Shown here: positions 22,860 to 35,727 of the stretch, one piece after another
How positions within the stretch are numbered: position 1 is the stretch's first letter
Layout: each line of letters starts with the position of its first letter
Source: Chiloscyllium plagiosum
Taxonomy: Eukaryota
Assembly: GCF_004010195.1 (NCBI RefSeq)
Contig: NC_057719.1
Span: 35,278,137-35,333,655 of the forward strand
Reading direction: 5' to 3'
DNA: 55,519 bases
Translations under genes and position numbers: made by a program
Notes under the pieces: generated by a model
What the model saw: only the letters and a program-made list of their open reading frames with translations
What the model was told of the DNA's origin: nothing
The model's database searches: none

Positions 22860-24830
22860 ACATTGAAACTAGAAGAAGGAGTAGGCCATTTGGTCTTTAA
22901 GCCTGTTCTGTCATTCAATATGTTCACAGCAAGTTTTTCATACTCCTACTTGCTCTCCACACCCCTTGATGCCTTTAACATCCAAACATTTATCCATTGT
23001 ATATATAGTCAGTGACTCGGCCTCCACAGCCTTCAAAAGTAGCAACTTCCACAGGTTGACCACCCTCTAAGTGGAAAAAACATTTCTTCATTTCAGTGCT
23101 AAACAACCTGCTCCATATCCTGAGACTGCACCCCTTGGTTTAAGAAATCTCCAACCAGGGAAAACATCATAAATGAAAATTGTGCCTGTAATTACTGTGG
23201 AGAAGGATATGGAAGCTAGGAAACTTGGCAAAATAAATAATAATGTTTCAAAAAGAGTTCTATAACAGAACAGGTGATGCTGGAGGTCTTAAAACACAAA
23301 GTTAGATAAATCCCAGGGGCTTGATCAGGTATTTCCCAGAACTTTGTGGTTGTGATGCCGGAAGACTGGAGGTTGGTACCATCATTTAAGAAAGGGTGTA
23401 AGGAAAAGCCAGGGAACTATACAGCAGTGCACCTTATGACAATGGTGAGTAAGTAGTTGGAGGGGACTCCGAGGGATAGGAATTACATGCATTTGGAAAT
23501 GCAAGGTCTGATTCGGAATATTCATATGGCTTTGTGCTTGGGAAATCATGTCTCATTAAATTGGTTGTCAAGTATCATTGCTGGGTCCACTACTTTTCAT
23601 CTTTTCTGTAAATGATTTAAATGAGAATAGAGGAGGTTTGATCATTAAGTTTGTAGATGCAACAAAATAGGTGTTGCAGTGGACAGTAAAAGAGGCTATC
23701 TCAAGAGTACAACGGGGCCTTGATAAGTTGGGCCAATCGACTGAGAGGTGGCAGATGGAGTTGAATGTAGGTATATGTGAGGTGTTCTATTTAGGCAAGG
23801 CAAACCAAGGCAGAACTTATACAGTTAATGGTAGGGCCCTGGAGAGTGTTGCCAAGCAAGGTAACCCAGGGATGCCTGTGCATAGTTCCTTGAAAGTGAA
23901 GTCACAGTAAACAGGTTAGTGAAGGCAGTGTTTGGCATGCTTGCCTTCATTGGAAAGAAGAGTATAGGAGTTGGGATGTTATGTTGCAGCTGTACAGTAC
24001 ATGATCAGTCTACTTTTAGAATGCTGCGTACAATTCAGGTTGACCTTCTATATGAAAGATATTGTTAAACTCGAGAAGATGCAGAAAAGATTTACAAACA
24101 TGTTGCCAGGACTGGTGAGTTTGTGTTGTAGGGAGAGGCTGAATTGGTTGTGGCTTATTTTCACTGGAGCATCAGAGGCTGAGGGGTGACCATATAGAGG
24201 CTTATAAAATCATGAGGAGCATGGTTAGGGTAGGATAACATTTTCATGCAGAGGGTACACGTACATGTATGGAATAAGCTGTCAGAAGAAGTGGTGGGTA
24301 CGGGTACAAATGCAACATTTAAAAGGCATCTGGATGGTATATGAACAGCAAGTGTTTAGCGTGATATGGATCAAATGCTGGCAAAGGGGACTGGGTCACA
24401 TGGGGATGTCTGGTCAGCATGGACCAGTTGGACTGTGCTGTATGACTCTATCCTGTTGCATCTAGCCTGCCTAGCCCTGTTAGAATTTGATACATTCAGT
24501 CAGACACCCTCTTGTTCTTCAAAACTCTTCTGAATACAGGCCCATTTAAACAAATCTCTCCTTATATGACAATTCTGCCAGCCCCAGTATCAGCCCAGTA
24601 ATTCACTGTATTCCCTCTGTAGCAAATATATTCTTGTTAGGTAGGGAGTCCACAACTATACACAATACTCAGGACGTGGTTTTACCAAGGTCCTGCATAA
24701 CTGCAGTAACTACTTCTGAACTCAAATCTTCTAGCAATAAAAGCTGACAAATCATTTGCCTGCCTAGTTACTTGCTGCACTTGTCTGTTTACTCTTGTCG
24801 AACAGTGTACAAGGTTCCTACTCACAACTC
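22860..24830. mobile_element. Minus-strand CR1 3' end (22860-23170 plus 24455-24830) interrupted by a plus-strand CR1 (23170-24452)
   Basis: The plus copy encodes ERWQMELN and KLEKMQKRFTNMLPGL and has the tail CTGTGCTGTATGACTCTA. The flanks are contiguous reverse CR1 3' sequence. Confidence 0.8.
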
Positions 24831-25399
24831 TCAATGTTGTAGTTTTGTATTGTCAGCAGATTTCTAACCCTCCTGAATATTAGAATTTACACATTCAGCT
24901 CTTTGGACGCCAAACAGGAAGCATTCCACGGATGTGGTAAAATTTAGTTATTACTTTGTATCAATGGCAAGAGAAACAGTTGACATTTCAAGTTAATGAC
25001 CTTTTATCACAATTCTTAAAAGATCATTGTTCACTCACTCCAGAGCTGCCATCAGACTCGCTGATTATTTCCAGCATTTTCTGCTTATAATGGTAATTTG
25101 TAGATGTGAAGAAAATGAAGAACTGAGCAATTCAGTAGAAATTAAGGCTGTAACTTTCAAATGGGCCAAAGGGCGTCTTCTGTACTGTGTGATTCCAAGA
25201 TTTATATTGCACAACCACCAGATAAAGATGTAACCGCAAAATATGGCGAGGGATTCTCATCACTGACGGGGTTATGATTTATATTCTTACAAGCACCGCC
25301 CATTTTGACTAGTAAAGCAAATACTAAGATCTGCATCTTTAAACTCTTCTAAGAATTCACTCTATCTATCTTGTCTATACCTGGTATTTGCTTTCTTTT

Positions 25400-26872
25400 T
25401 TTCTTAAGAAACTGAGGGTTTAGTCATCCAGCTTTCCCTGCACCTACCAGCCTTTCCTTTCACCCTAACAGGAACATAATGTCTCTGGGCTCTCATCTCA
25501 TTTCTGAAGGCATCCCATTTTCCAGCCATCCCTATGAATATCTGCACCCAATGGTCTTTGAAAGTTCTTGCCTAATACCATCAAAATTGGCCTTTGTCCA
25601 ATTTAGAAATTCAACTTTTAGATCTGGTGTAACCTTTTCCATCACTATTTTAAAACTAATAGAATTATGGTCGCTGGCCCCAAAGTGCTCCCCCACTGAT
25701 ACCTCAGTCACCTGCCCTGCCTAACTTCCCAAGTGCAGGTCAAGTTTTGCGCCTTATTTTGTTGGTACATCCACATACTGACTCAGAAAATTTTCTTGTG
25801 CATGCTTAACAAATTCCTCCCCATCTAAACTCTTAACACTATGGCAGTCCCAGTCTATGTTTGGAAAGTTAAAATCCCCTACAAATTTTTCTCAATTTCC
25901 CTCTGACTATTAGGGGGTCTATAATACAATCCCAATAAGGTGATCATCCCTTTCTTATTTCTCAGTTCCAACCATATAACTTCCCTGGTTGTATTTCCGG
26001 GAATATCCTCCCTCAGTACAGCTGTAATGCTATCCCTGTTCAAAAATGCTACCTCCCCTTCTATCCTTCCTGTAGCAATTGTATCCTGGAACATTTAAGC
26101 TGCCAGTTCTGTCCATCCCTGAGCCATTTTTCTGTAATTGCTATGATATCCCTGTCCCATGTTCCTCACCATGCCCTGAGTTCATCTGCCTTCCCTGTTA
26201 GGCCTCTTGCATTGAAATAAATGCAATTTGATTTATCAGTCCTCCCTTGTCCCTGCCTGCACTGCCTGCTTGACTCACTTCTTTTCTCAACTGTACTAGT
26301 CTCAGATTGATATCTTTCCTATCTCCCTGCATTCCCCCAAAAACCTTACTAGTTTAAATCCTCCTGAGCAGCTCTAGCAAATCTCCCTGCCAGTATATTA
26401 GTCCCCTTCCAATTTAGGTGCAATCTGTCCTTCTTGTACATGTCACTTATACCCCAGAAGAGATTCCAGTGATCCAAAAAATGTGAATCCCTCTCCCATA
26501 CACCAGCCATGCATTCATCTGCTCTATCCTCCTATTTCTACCTCACTAGCTTGTAGCACCTGGAGTAATCCAGATACTACTGCTCTTGAGGGCCTCCTTT
26601 TTAAATTCCTGCTTAACTCTCTACATTCTCCCTTCTGAATCTCAACCTTTTTTTCCCCCTATGTCGTTGGTTTCAATGTGTATAATGACCTCCTGCTGGG
26701 CCCTCTTTCCCCTTGAGAGCATTCTGCACCCTCTTGGAGACATCTTTGATCCTGGCACCAGGGAGACAACACACCATCCTGATTTTTTTGCTGCTGGCCA
26801 CAGAAATTGTGTCTTAGACTAGAGAGTCCCCTAACATAATCGATCTCTTAGAACCCGATGTATCCCCCACTG
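25400..26872 (-). mobile_element. CR1 5' part: ORF1 remnant and APE endonuclease
   Basis: IWLELRNKKGMITLLGLYYRPPNSQRE, GDFNFPNIDW and MVCCLPGAR. Confidence 0.88.
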
Positions 26873-28912
26873 CATCTTGGAAAGGTGCAGATGTAACAGA
26901 GTTGCTGTTATGGATGACTTCAACTTCTCCAATATTGATTGGAACCACCTCAGTGCGGATGTTCTGGATGGAGCTGATTTTGTCAGGTGTGTCCAGGAAG
27001 GATTCCTGACTCAATATGTAGATAGGCTGACTCGGGGGCATGCCATATTGGGTTTGGTGCTCGGCAATGTGCTAGGCCAGATGTCAGATCTCTCGGTGGG
27101 AGAGCATTTCGGTGACAGTGACACAACTGCCTCACCTTTACCGGGGGGGGGGGGAATTATACTGTTATTTGACAGGAGCTGTGGAGTATAAATTGAGAAC
27201 AGTTGTTGTACAGTAAATGTAAACCAGAAATGAGGAAGCTTTTTAAGGAGCACTTCTTTCGAGTGTTGGATAACTTTGTCCCACTGAGACAAGTAAGGAA
27301 TGGTAAGGTGAAGGAGCCTTGGATGTCAAGAGAAGAAGAGCTTCTTGTCAAGAGGAAGAAGGAAGTTTACTTAAGGTTGATAAACTGGCATGGCTTTAGA
27401 GGTCTACAGTGTAGCTAGGAAGGAACTCAACAATGGACTGAGGAGAGCTAGGAGGGGGGGAGAAAAAGCCTTGGTGGGAAGGATTAGGGAAACCAAAGGT
27501 ATTCTACATTTACGTGAGGAATAAGAGAATGATCAGGGAGAGGGTAGGGCCGATAGTGGAGAGAACTTGTGCCTGGAGAGGTAGAGGAGCCCCTAAATTT
27601 TTGCTTCAATATTCACTAGAGAGAGAGAAAGGGAACTTGCTGATAGTGAGATGAGCATGAACCAGTTTAATAGCTTGAACAAGCTTGGGCCTCTGCTCTT
27701 TATACTTTTTATAAATGACTTGGATGAAGAGATGGAAGGGTGGATTAGTAAATTTGACGATGACAGAAAGGTCGGTGGTATTGTAGATACTGTTGAGGGC
27801 TGTTGCAGGCTACAAGATATTGGCAGGATGCAGAGCTGGGCTGAGAAGTGGCAGATGGAGTTCAATGTGGATATATGCAGAGTTTGGAAGGTTAAATTTG
27901 AATGCTGAGTACAGGGTTAAAGATAGGATTCTTGGCAGTGTAGAGGAACAGCGGGATCTTGGGGTCCATGTACATATATCCCTCAAAGTTGCTACCCAAG
28001 TTGGTAGGGTTGTAAGAAGGCATATGGTGTGTTGGCTTTCATTAATGGTTGGATTGAGTTTAAGAGCTGCAAGGTTTTGCTGCAGCTCTATAAAATCCTG
28101 GTGAGACCACACTTGGAATATTGTGTCCAGTTCTGGTTGCCTTATTATAGGAATGCTGTAGGTGCTTTAGACAGAAGATTTACCAGGATGCTGCCTGGAT
28201 TGGAGGGCTTGTCTTATGAAGAGAGGTTGAGTTAGCTAGGGCTTTTCACACTGGAGAGGAGGAGGATGAGTGGTGACTTGACAGAAGTGTATAAGGTAAT
28301 AGATAGAGTAGATAGGCAGAGACTTTACCCCAGTGCAGAAATGGCTGTCATGACGGGCCATAATTTTAAGGTGATTGGAGCAAGGTATAGGGGAGATGTC
28401 AGAGGCAGGTTCTTTACTTCCACAACTGGCAATTCCATCTTCCCACCACACTCTTCATAGAGTCACAGACATTAGGGACATTTAAGTGACTGCTGGACAA
28501 GAACATGGACGGCAGTAAATTGAGGGGTGTGGGGGTTAGGAATATCTTAGATTAAGATAACTGCTTGGGCGGCACAGTGGCTTGCACTGCTGCCTCACAG
28601 CACCAGGGTCCCAGGTTCAATTTCAACCTCGGGCGACTGTGTGGAGTTTGCACATTCTCTCCATGTCTGCGTGGGTTTCCTCTAGGTGGTCCGGTTTCCT
28701 CCCACAGTCCAAAGATATGCAGGTCCGGTGAATTGGCCATGCGAAATTGCCCATAGTGCTAGGTGCATTAGTCAGAAGGAAATGGTTCTGGATGGGTTAC
28801 TCTTTGGAGGGTCAGTGTGGATTGGTTGGGTCAAAGGGCCTGTTCCCACACTGTAGGGAATCTTAAAAAAAAAACATCATGGGCTGAAGGGGCTGTACTA
28901 TTCTATGTTCTA
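26873..28912 (+). mobile_element. Internally deleted CR1 (EN end, linker, RT, 3' UTR)
   Basis: DFNFSNIDW...FLTQYVDRLTRG, GPLLFILFINDLD, KFDDD and LVRPHLEYCVQFW. Confidence 0.9.
28567..28862 (+). mobile_element. HE1-like V-SINE inserted in a CR1 3' UTR
   Basis: tRNA head, V-domain and tail CCCACACTGTAGGGAATC. Confidence 0.88.
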
Positions 28913-28914
28913 CT

Positions 28915-31110
28915 TAGTATCAGCTTTTATACTCTATGCCTCTATCTATAAACCCAAGGATCCTACAAGCTTTCTTAAAACAGCTGTTTCAACTTGCCTG
29001 GCCATGTTCTGGTAAGAATTATGCATATGAAGTCCCTCTGCTCCTATACTCCCCACAAAGTTGTACCAATGAGTCTGTATTGTCTATCCTCCCTGTAATT
29101 TGGTTGCAGAAACATTATCCCACATTTCTCTGCATTGAAATTAATTTGCCAGGTGTCTGCCCGTTTAGCCAACTTGTCAACGTCCCTCTGAAATTGTTCA
29201 GTGTCATCCTCACAATTCACTATCCTCCCTAGTTTAGTATTGTCTGCAAAGTTAGAGATTTTGCCTTCAGCACCCACCTTCAAATAATTTATATTAATCA
29301 GAAAAAGGGCCCCAACACCAGTCCCTGTGGTATCCCACGTTCAACTCATCTCCAGACTGAGAAATGGACATCTATAGCTACCCTCTGTTTCAGTCAACTT
29401 GTAATCTATGCTTCCAAGGAACCAGCAATTCAAAATACTTCTAATTCGCCAACCATGTGGCACTGTGCCAAATACTTGCCAGAAATCCAAACATACAATA
29501 TCCAAAGCACTAGTCTCATCCACTGCCTGTGTCACCTTGTCAAAGAACTCAGTTAGATTAGTCAGACATGACTTGGCCTTGACACAGCCATGTGGACCAT
29601 CTAGTCTTAACTTATTTTTCTGTAAGTGTATATTTACCTTATCCTGTATTATAGCCTCTATCAGTTTCCCCACTATTGATGTCAAGCTGACAGGTTTGTA
29701 CTTTCCTGGGTTATAGTCTGTTCCTTTCTTAAACAACAGTGTCACAATTTCAATCTTGTGGCTCCCCTGGGCTAATGCTGTGCTTAGAGGGTCCTGGAAA
29801 AATTCTGTTAATGACTTTGCAATTTTCTCCATTGTGTGCATCCTATTTGGCCTGGTGAGTTCCCTATATGGAGTATTGCCAATCTTTTCAGCACCTTTTC
29901 TAAATCTATCACTATCTTGCTCAGTTGCTGAGCACCCACATTTTCAACTAGGCATTGTCACCATTTTCTAATTTAGTAAAGTCAGAAGCAAAGTACTCGC
30001 TTAATATCTCTGTACTATGCATTGCTTCAGGGAACAGCTTACCCTGCGTGTGCCTAATGGGTCCCACTCTATCCTTCACTCATCTGTTGCTGTTAATGTT
30101 TGAAGAACATTTTGTTATTTGTTTTGGTGCAGCCTGTCATCCTTTTCTCTCATGCTTCCGTTTTGCATTCCTTACTTCAGCCTTATCCTGCCTCTTATGT
30201 TTGAAATACTCTTCCTGATTTCTATTGCTATTATTATTCCAGAATGCATCATATGCCTTTTTTCCTCTTGTTTTCTCATCAATATCTTTAGTCATCTAGG
30301 GTACTCTAGCTTTGGATATCCATATTTATTTCCCATTGGTATGTACCTACCTTGCAGCGTATTCATCTCTCTTTTGAAGTTCTCCCATTTTCATCCACTG
30401 TTTTATCCACAAAAATGCATTTCCAAGCAACCTGCTCCAGTTCAACTTTTAGGCATGTAAAATGTGCCCTTTTCCAGTTTGGGATCTTAATTGTTGACTG
30501 ATTTTTATCCTTCTCCAACCTCATATTGCACCTTTTTATGTTATGATTGCTATTTCCCAAATGCCTCCCCATCTGGCATTCTCCATTTGGTCTGCCTCAT
30601 TTCCAAGGACTGGATCCAGCCCAGCTCACTCCTGGTAGGCCTGGAAATGTAACTGTTCCAGCAAGTTCTCCTTCACATCTTGCAGGAATTTGTCCCTTTC
30701 TGCGCTCCACACTCTACTTTTCTCCCAGTCTACCACAGAGTAAATGAAATTGCAAAATATCACAGCCCTAATTCATCTGCAGATTTCCATCACTTCTCTT
30801 CAAATGTGCTTTCTTCTACTTCCTCCTCACTATTTGGAGTTCTGAATTAAATACCCAACAAGGTCACAGCTCCCTTCCTGTTTCTCACCTATAGAATCTA
30901 ATTCAGAGACTGCATTTCTTTTTAAGGGCAATGATAGTATCTTTGACCAAGAGTGCTACACTCCTCCCTCTTTACCCACCCTGTTTTTAATTAAAAGCCT
31001 TATAATCTGGAATGTTAATATCTAGTCCTGTTCAGTCTTTGACCCACTTTTCTGACAATGGTACGACATCATATCCCCCAGAGCAACTTCTGCTTCCTAT
31101 TCCCCATATA
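28915..31110 (-). mobile_element. Older CR1 ORF2
   Basis: YKPVSLTSIVGKLIE, KSCLTNLTEFFD, FADNTKLG and HLGNSNHN (ORFs 29044, 29341, 30363). Confidence 0.85.
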
Positions 31111-31733
31111 GTTTGATTATGCAAATACTTGGGATAATGCTGAGTACATTGAAAGATCGGTCAGTAAGAAAGTCCAGTTGCATTAGCAAATGGAAAAGAC
31201 AACTGCAATCACTGATCGTTGTCCAAAGAGATAAAAAAAAACAATTGCCAATGCTAAATATGAATGCAGACCAGATTTTTTTGAGATACCTGATTTACTC
31301 TTATCTGGCAAACGTAATTTAAAAAAAATCTTTATAACTATATGCACTGGAGGAGGCATGATAGCCTTGAACTGCTTCTCTGAAGCATTTTTGCTGACAG
31401 GACAATGACCAGTTGTGAACTATTCTTGCTTTTCAATGACCAGCCATTAAAAATAAATTCCATTTGGTTATTAAAATATCTGAAAATGAATTTCAAACTA
31501 AATAGTAGTTCATTATCTGCAGCATTTATTCAGCTTTTAACTTCAACTGATCTTTAACCAGCAATATTAGTCAATCAATTTTATAACCAAAATCAGCAAC
31601 AATGATACCTAAATTAGTAAAATCTAATAAATATCTATACAATGTAATATATAAAATAGAACAAATCTACATTAAAAACTTTCACAACCTCTGCACGCTC
31701 TCTCACAGTTTATCTAGCCTTTATCCATACTTT

Positions 31734-31908
31734 GAGAAAGTGAGGACTGCAGATGCTGGAGATCAGAGTCGAGAGTGTAATGCTGGAAAATACAGCAGGA
31801 CAGGCAGCATCCGAGTCGCAGGAGAATTGACGAAGGACTTATGCCTGAAATGTCAATTTTCCTGCTCCTTGGATTTACCTATTGTACTTTTCCACCCCCA
31901 CTTGATCT
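31734..31908. mobile_element. Degenerate Penelope-terminus fold-back copy
   Basis: Tail plus pLTR (GAGAAAGTGAGGACTGCAGATGCTGG...GCAGGAGAATTGAC), then inverted GAAGGACTTATGCCTGAAATGTCAATTTTCCTGC. Confidence 0.75.
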
Positions 31909-32474
31909 GCTCATGGAAAGTTCTGCATTTTGCAAAAGGCCACCACTCTTAAAGATTATTAGTAATGATTTTTAACTCTTGTTTCTTACAGTCTTTAAGC
32001 TGACTTTAGTAATTTGCTCTTGCAAAACCATGTTTCTGTGAGATTTCAAAATCATTCAGGTACCTATATTAAATTGTGACTATCAAAATGCACTTATTTG
32101 AAATAGGGTATTTCAATTAAAGTAGATTTTACTAATCAGATTTTAATCCAATTGGTATTTATGAAATCAAAATTTGAAGCACAGAAGTTCAGCAATTCCT
32201 ATAAAATACAATGTAATTTAAACATTCACCAAAATCTGCACTTGATTAATATCATTCAAGCTTCAAGTGAAAAATGAAGTCTGATAGACTGAACTCTGTT
32301 GAATTATTAATGGCAAGTTCTATCAGCTTTTATGCACTTGTTTCCAAAATTGTATCACTCTGAATCATGTTGTGCATCAACTTATAACTCACAAAAAACT
32401 GACCAAAATTCTTCTTCTATTTACTGCAATTAAAAAATAAGCAAAATTCCTCTCTTTAAGCTATTTTGAAATGT

Positions 32475-32787
32475 GGGTGGCATGGTGGCACAGTGGTTAG
32501 CACTGCTCCCTCACAGCTCCAGAGACCCGGGTTCAATTCCCGCCTCAGGCGACTGACTGTGTGGAGTTTGCACGTTCTCCCCGTGTCTGCGTGGGTTTCC
32601 TCCGTGTGCTCCGGTTTCCTCCCACAGTCCAAAGATGTGCAGGTCAGGTGAATTGGCCATGCTAAATTGCCCGTAGTGTTAGGTAAGGGGTAAATGTAGG
32701 GGTATGGGTGGGTTACGCTTCGGCGGGTCGGTGTGGACTTGTTGGGCCGAAGGGCCTGTTTCCACACTGTAAGTAATCTAATCTAAA
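32475..32787 (+). mobile_element. HE1-like V-SINE, young subfamily
   Basis: Intact A box TGGCACAGTGG, B box GGTTCAATTCC, V-domain and tail TAAGTAATCTAATCTAA. Confidence 0.92.
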
Positions 32788-34436
32788 GAGTAAGTTACCA
32801 TATTAAATATTCTCTTAAAATGTACAACTGAAAAAATGCTTTATTTAATGTTTATACATTGTTGACAATGTGTCCATACAGACTATATGCAACAGAAAAA
32901 TATGTTCAGGACCGCAAGCCCAAACACGAACCACTCTGACCTTTTACTTTAGAGATTGAATATTGAAGAATTGTGACTGCATTGTGTCAAAAGGGAAGCA
33001 AGTTCCTCCACTTTAACTTTTGACTTTTTAGCAGGTTGGTCATGCTATCTTGTTGAATAACAGAATCATTCCGGTTGGATCATGACTGTGCTCGATCTTT
33101 AAGCTAGCATTATAGAAGCATAAATAGAATTTCCTCTAATTTTACTACTTGCTTAATTTTTAATTGATGCAGATCCCCATGGGAGTCTGGTTAGCAAGGT
33201 TAGATCTCATGGAATACAGAGAGAAGTAGCAATTTGGATACAGAACTGGCTCAAAGGTAGAAGACAGAGGGTAGTGGTGGAGGGTTGTTTTTCCAGACTG
33301 GAGGCCTGTGACCAGTGGAGTGCCACAAGAATCGGTGCTGTGTCCACTACTTTTCATCATTTATATAAATGATTTGGATGCAAGCATAAGAGGTACAGTT
33401 AGTAAGTGTGCAGATGACACCAAAATTGGTGGTATAGTGGTTAGTGAAGAAGTTTACCTCAGGTTACAGCAGGATCTTGATCAGAAGGGCCAATGGGCTG
33501 AGGTGTGGTAGATAGAGTTTAGATAAATGTGAGGTGCTGCATTTTGGGAAAGAAAATCTTAGCAGGACTTATACACTTAATGGCAAGGTCCTAGAGAGTG
33601 TTGCTGAACAAAGAGACCTTGAAGTGCAGGTTCATAGCTCCTTGAAAGTGGAGTCACAGGTTGATAGGATAGTGAAGGCGTTTGGTATGCTTTCCTTTAT
33701 TGGTCAGAGTATTGAGTACAGGAGTTGTGAGGTCATAACCCTCTGTGTTCTACCTTTGAGCCAGTTCTGTATCCAAATGGCTACTTCTCCCTGTATTCCA
33801 TGAAATCTAACCTTGCTAATCAGTCTCCCATGGGGAACTTCGTCAAATGCCTTACTGAAGTCCATATAGATCACATCTACTGCTCTGCCCTGATCAATCC
33901 TCTTTGTTACTTCTTCAAAAAACTCAAGCAAGTTTGTGAGACATGATTTCCCACACACAAAGCCATGTTGACTATCCCGAATCAGTTCTTGCCTTTCCAA
34001 ATACATGTACTTCCTGTCCCTCAGGATTCCCTTCAAAAACTTGCCCACGACCCATGTCAGGCTCACTGGTCTATAGTTCCCTGGTTTGTCTTAAATAGTG
34101 GCACCAAGTTAGCCAAGCTTCAATCTTGCAGCACCTCACCTATGACTACCGATGATACAAATGCAAGAGGCCCAGCAATCACTTCCCTAGCTTCTCACAG
34201 AGTTCTAGGGTATACCTGATCAGGTCCTGGGGATTTATCCACTTTTATGCGTTTCAAGACATCCAGCACTTCCTCCTCTGTAATATGGATAATTTTCAAG
34301 ATGTCACTGTCTATTTCCCTACATTCTATATCTTCCAGTTCCTTTTCCATAGTAAAAAATGATGCAAAATACTTGTTTAGTATCTCCCCCACCTCCTGCA
34401 GCTCCACACAAAGGCCACCTTACTGATCTTAGAGGG

Positions 34437-34528
34437 AGCTGGAAATGTGTTGCTGGAAAAGCGCAGCAGGTCAGGCAGCATCCAGGGAACAGGAGAATCG
34501 ACGTTTCGGGCATAAGCCCTTCTTCAGG
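34437..34528 (-). mobile_element. 92-bp solo Penelope pLTR insertion with 10-bp TSD
   Basis: TSD TCTTAGAGGG at 34427-34436 and 34529-34538. The sequence closely matches 1621-1696. Confidence 0.9.
34495..34528 (-). ncRNA. Minimal type I hammerhead ribozyme core (PLE-type)
   Basis: Minus strand reads C-CUGAAGA-A-GGGC-UUAU-GCCC-GAAA-CGUC-GA. The CUGANGA and GAAA boxes are intact, helix II has 4 bp, palindromic ACGU replaces helix III, and the triplet is GUC. Helix I is truncated. Confidence 0.75.
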
Positions 34529-35139
34529 TCTTAGAGGGGCCCTGTTCTCTCCCTAGTTACCCTTTTGTCCTTAATGTATTTATAAAAACCTTTTGGATTC
34601 TCCTTAACTCTATTTGCCAAAGCTATCTCATGTCCCCTTTTTGCCCTCCTGATTTCTCTCTTAAGTATATTCCTACTGCCTTTATACTCTTCTAAGGATT
34701 CACTCGTTGAAAGGGTTCAGAAAAGATTTACAACAATATTGCCAGGGCTGGAGGCTTTGAGCTATTTTCCCTGGAGCGTCGGAGGTTGAGGGGTGACCTT
34801 ATAGAGGTTTATAAAATCATGAGGGACATGGATAAGATAAATAGACAAAGTCTTTTCCCAGAACTAGATGGCGCAGGTTTGGGGTGAGAAGGGAAGATAT
34901 AAAAGGGACCTATGGGGCAACTGTTTCACACAGAGGGTAGTACTTGTATAGAATGAACTGCTAGAGAAAGTGGTGGAGGCTAGTACAATTGCAACATTTA
35001 AAAGGCATCCGGATGGGTATATGAATAGGAAGGGTTTGGAAGGATATGGGCCGGGTGCTGGCAGGTGGGACTAGACTGGGTCGGTATGGACAAGTTGGAC
35101 CGAAGGGTCTGTTTCCACACTGTACATCTCTATGACTAT

Positions 35140-35725
35140 CTGCTCTTCAATCTGTTCTTAAATCTCTCTGCTGCTATTGGTGGGGTCTATGGAAAACACC
35201 CAATAAAGTGACTGCTCCTTTCCTGTTACTGACTTCCACTCATAGTGACTCAGTAGACAAACCCTCCTCAACAACCTTGTTTTCTGCAGCTGTGATGCAC
35301 TCTCTAATTAACAATGCTACTCCTCCTCCTCCTCTTTTACCCCTCTCCCTGATCTTTTTAAAAGATCTAAATCCTGGAACATCCACAACCATTCCTGCCC
35401 CTATGAAGTCCATGTCTCCATTATGGCCACAACATAATGGATACATGGATTTCACAGTTCCAAGTACTGATCCATGCTCAAAGTTCATCAGTCTTATTCC
35501 TGACACTCCTTGCATTGAAACAGACACACTATAACACATCCCTTTGCCTTATCAACTGTGTATCCTTGCTGACAGGCATTCTATTTCTGCCTGTTTAACA
35601 ACTACCCTCTCCTCTGGTTCATATTCCCCACCAAACTAGTTTAAACCCTCCCAAAACGCTATAGGAAATCTCCCACCCAGGACATTGGTGCACCTCCAGT
35701 TTAACCTTCCCCAGAAGGTACCCCA
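35140..35725 (-). mobile_element. CR1 endonuclease-region fragment
   Basis: DVPGFRSFKKIRERGKRGGGGVALLIRE (ORF 35240). Confidence 0.75.
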
Positions 35726-35727
35726 AA

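Larger units (their letters stand above)
33172..35137. mobile_element. Rearranged CR1: plus 33172-33735, minus 33736-34706, plus 34707-35137
   Basis: SGVPQESVLCPLLF/ADDTKIGG on +, SQHGF...KSCLTNLLEFFEE on -, then ERVQKRFT and a 3' UTR on + again. Confidence 0.88.

Noticed and set aside
24968..25085. Possible third Penelope-terminus family remnant
   Set aside because: Too degraded to define arms, a hammerhead core or a TSD.
25400..28912. Twin-priming inversion of a single CR1 at ~26872
   Set aside because: Both halves contain the DFNFxNIDW endonuclease segment in clearly different sequence, so they are two separate elements.
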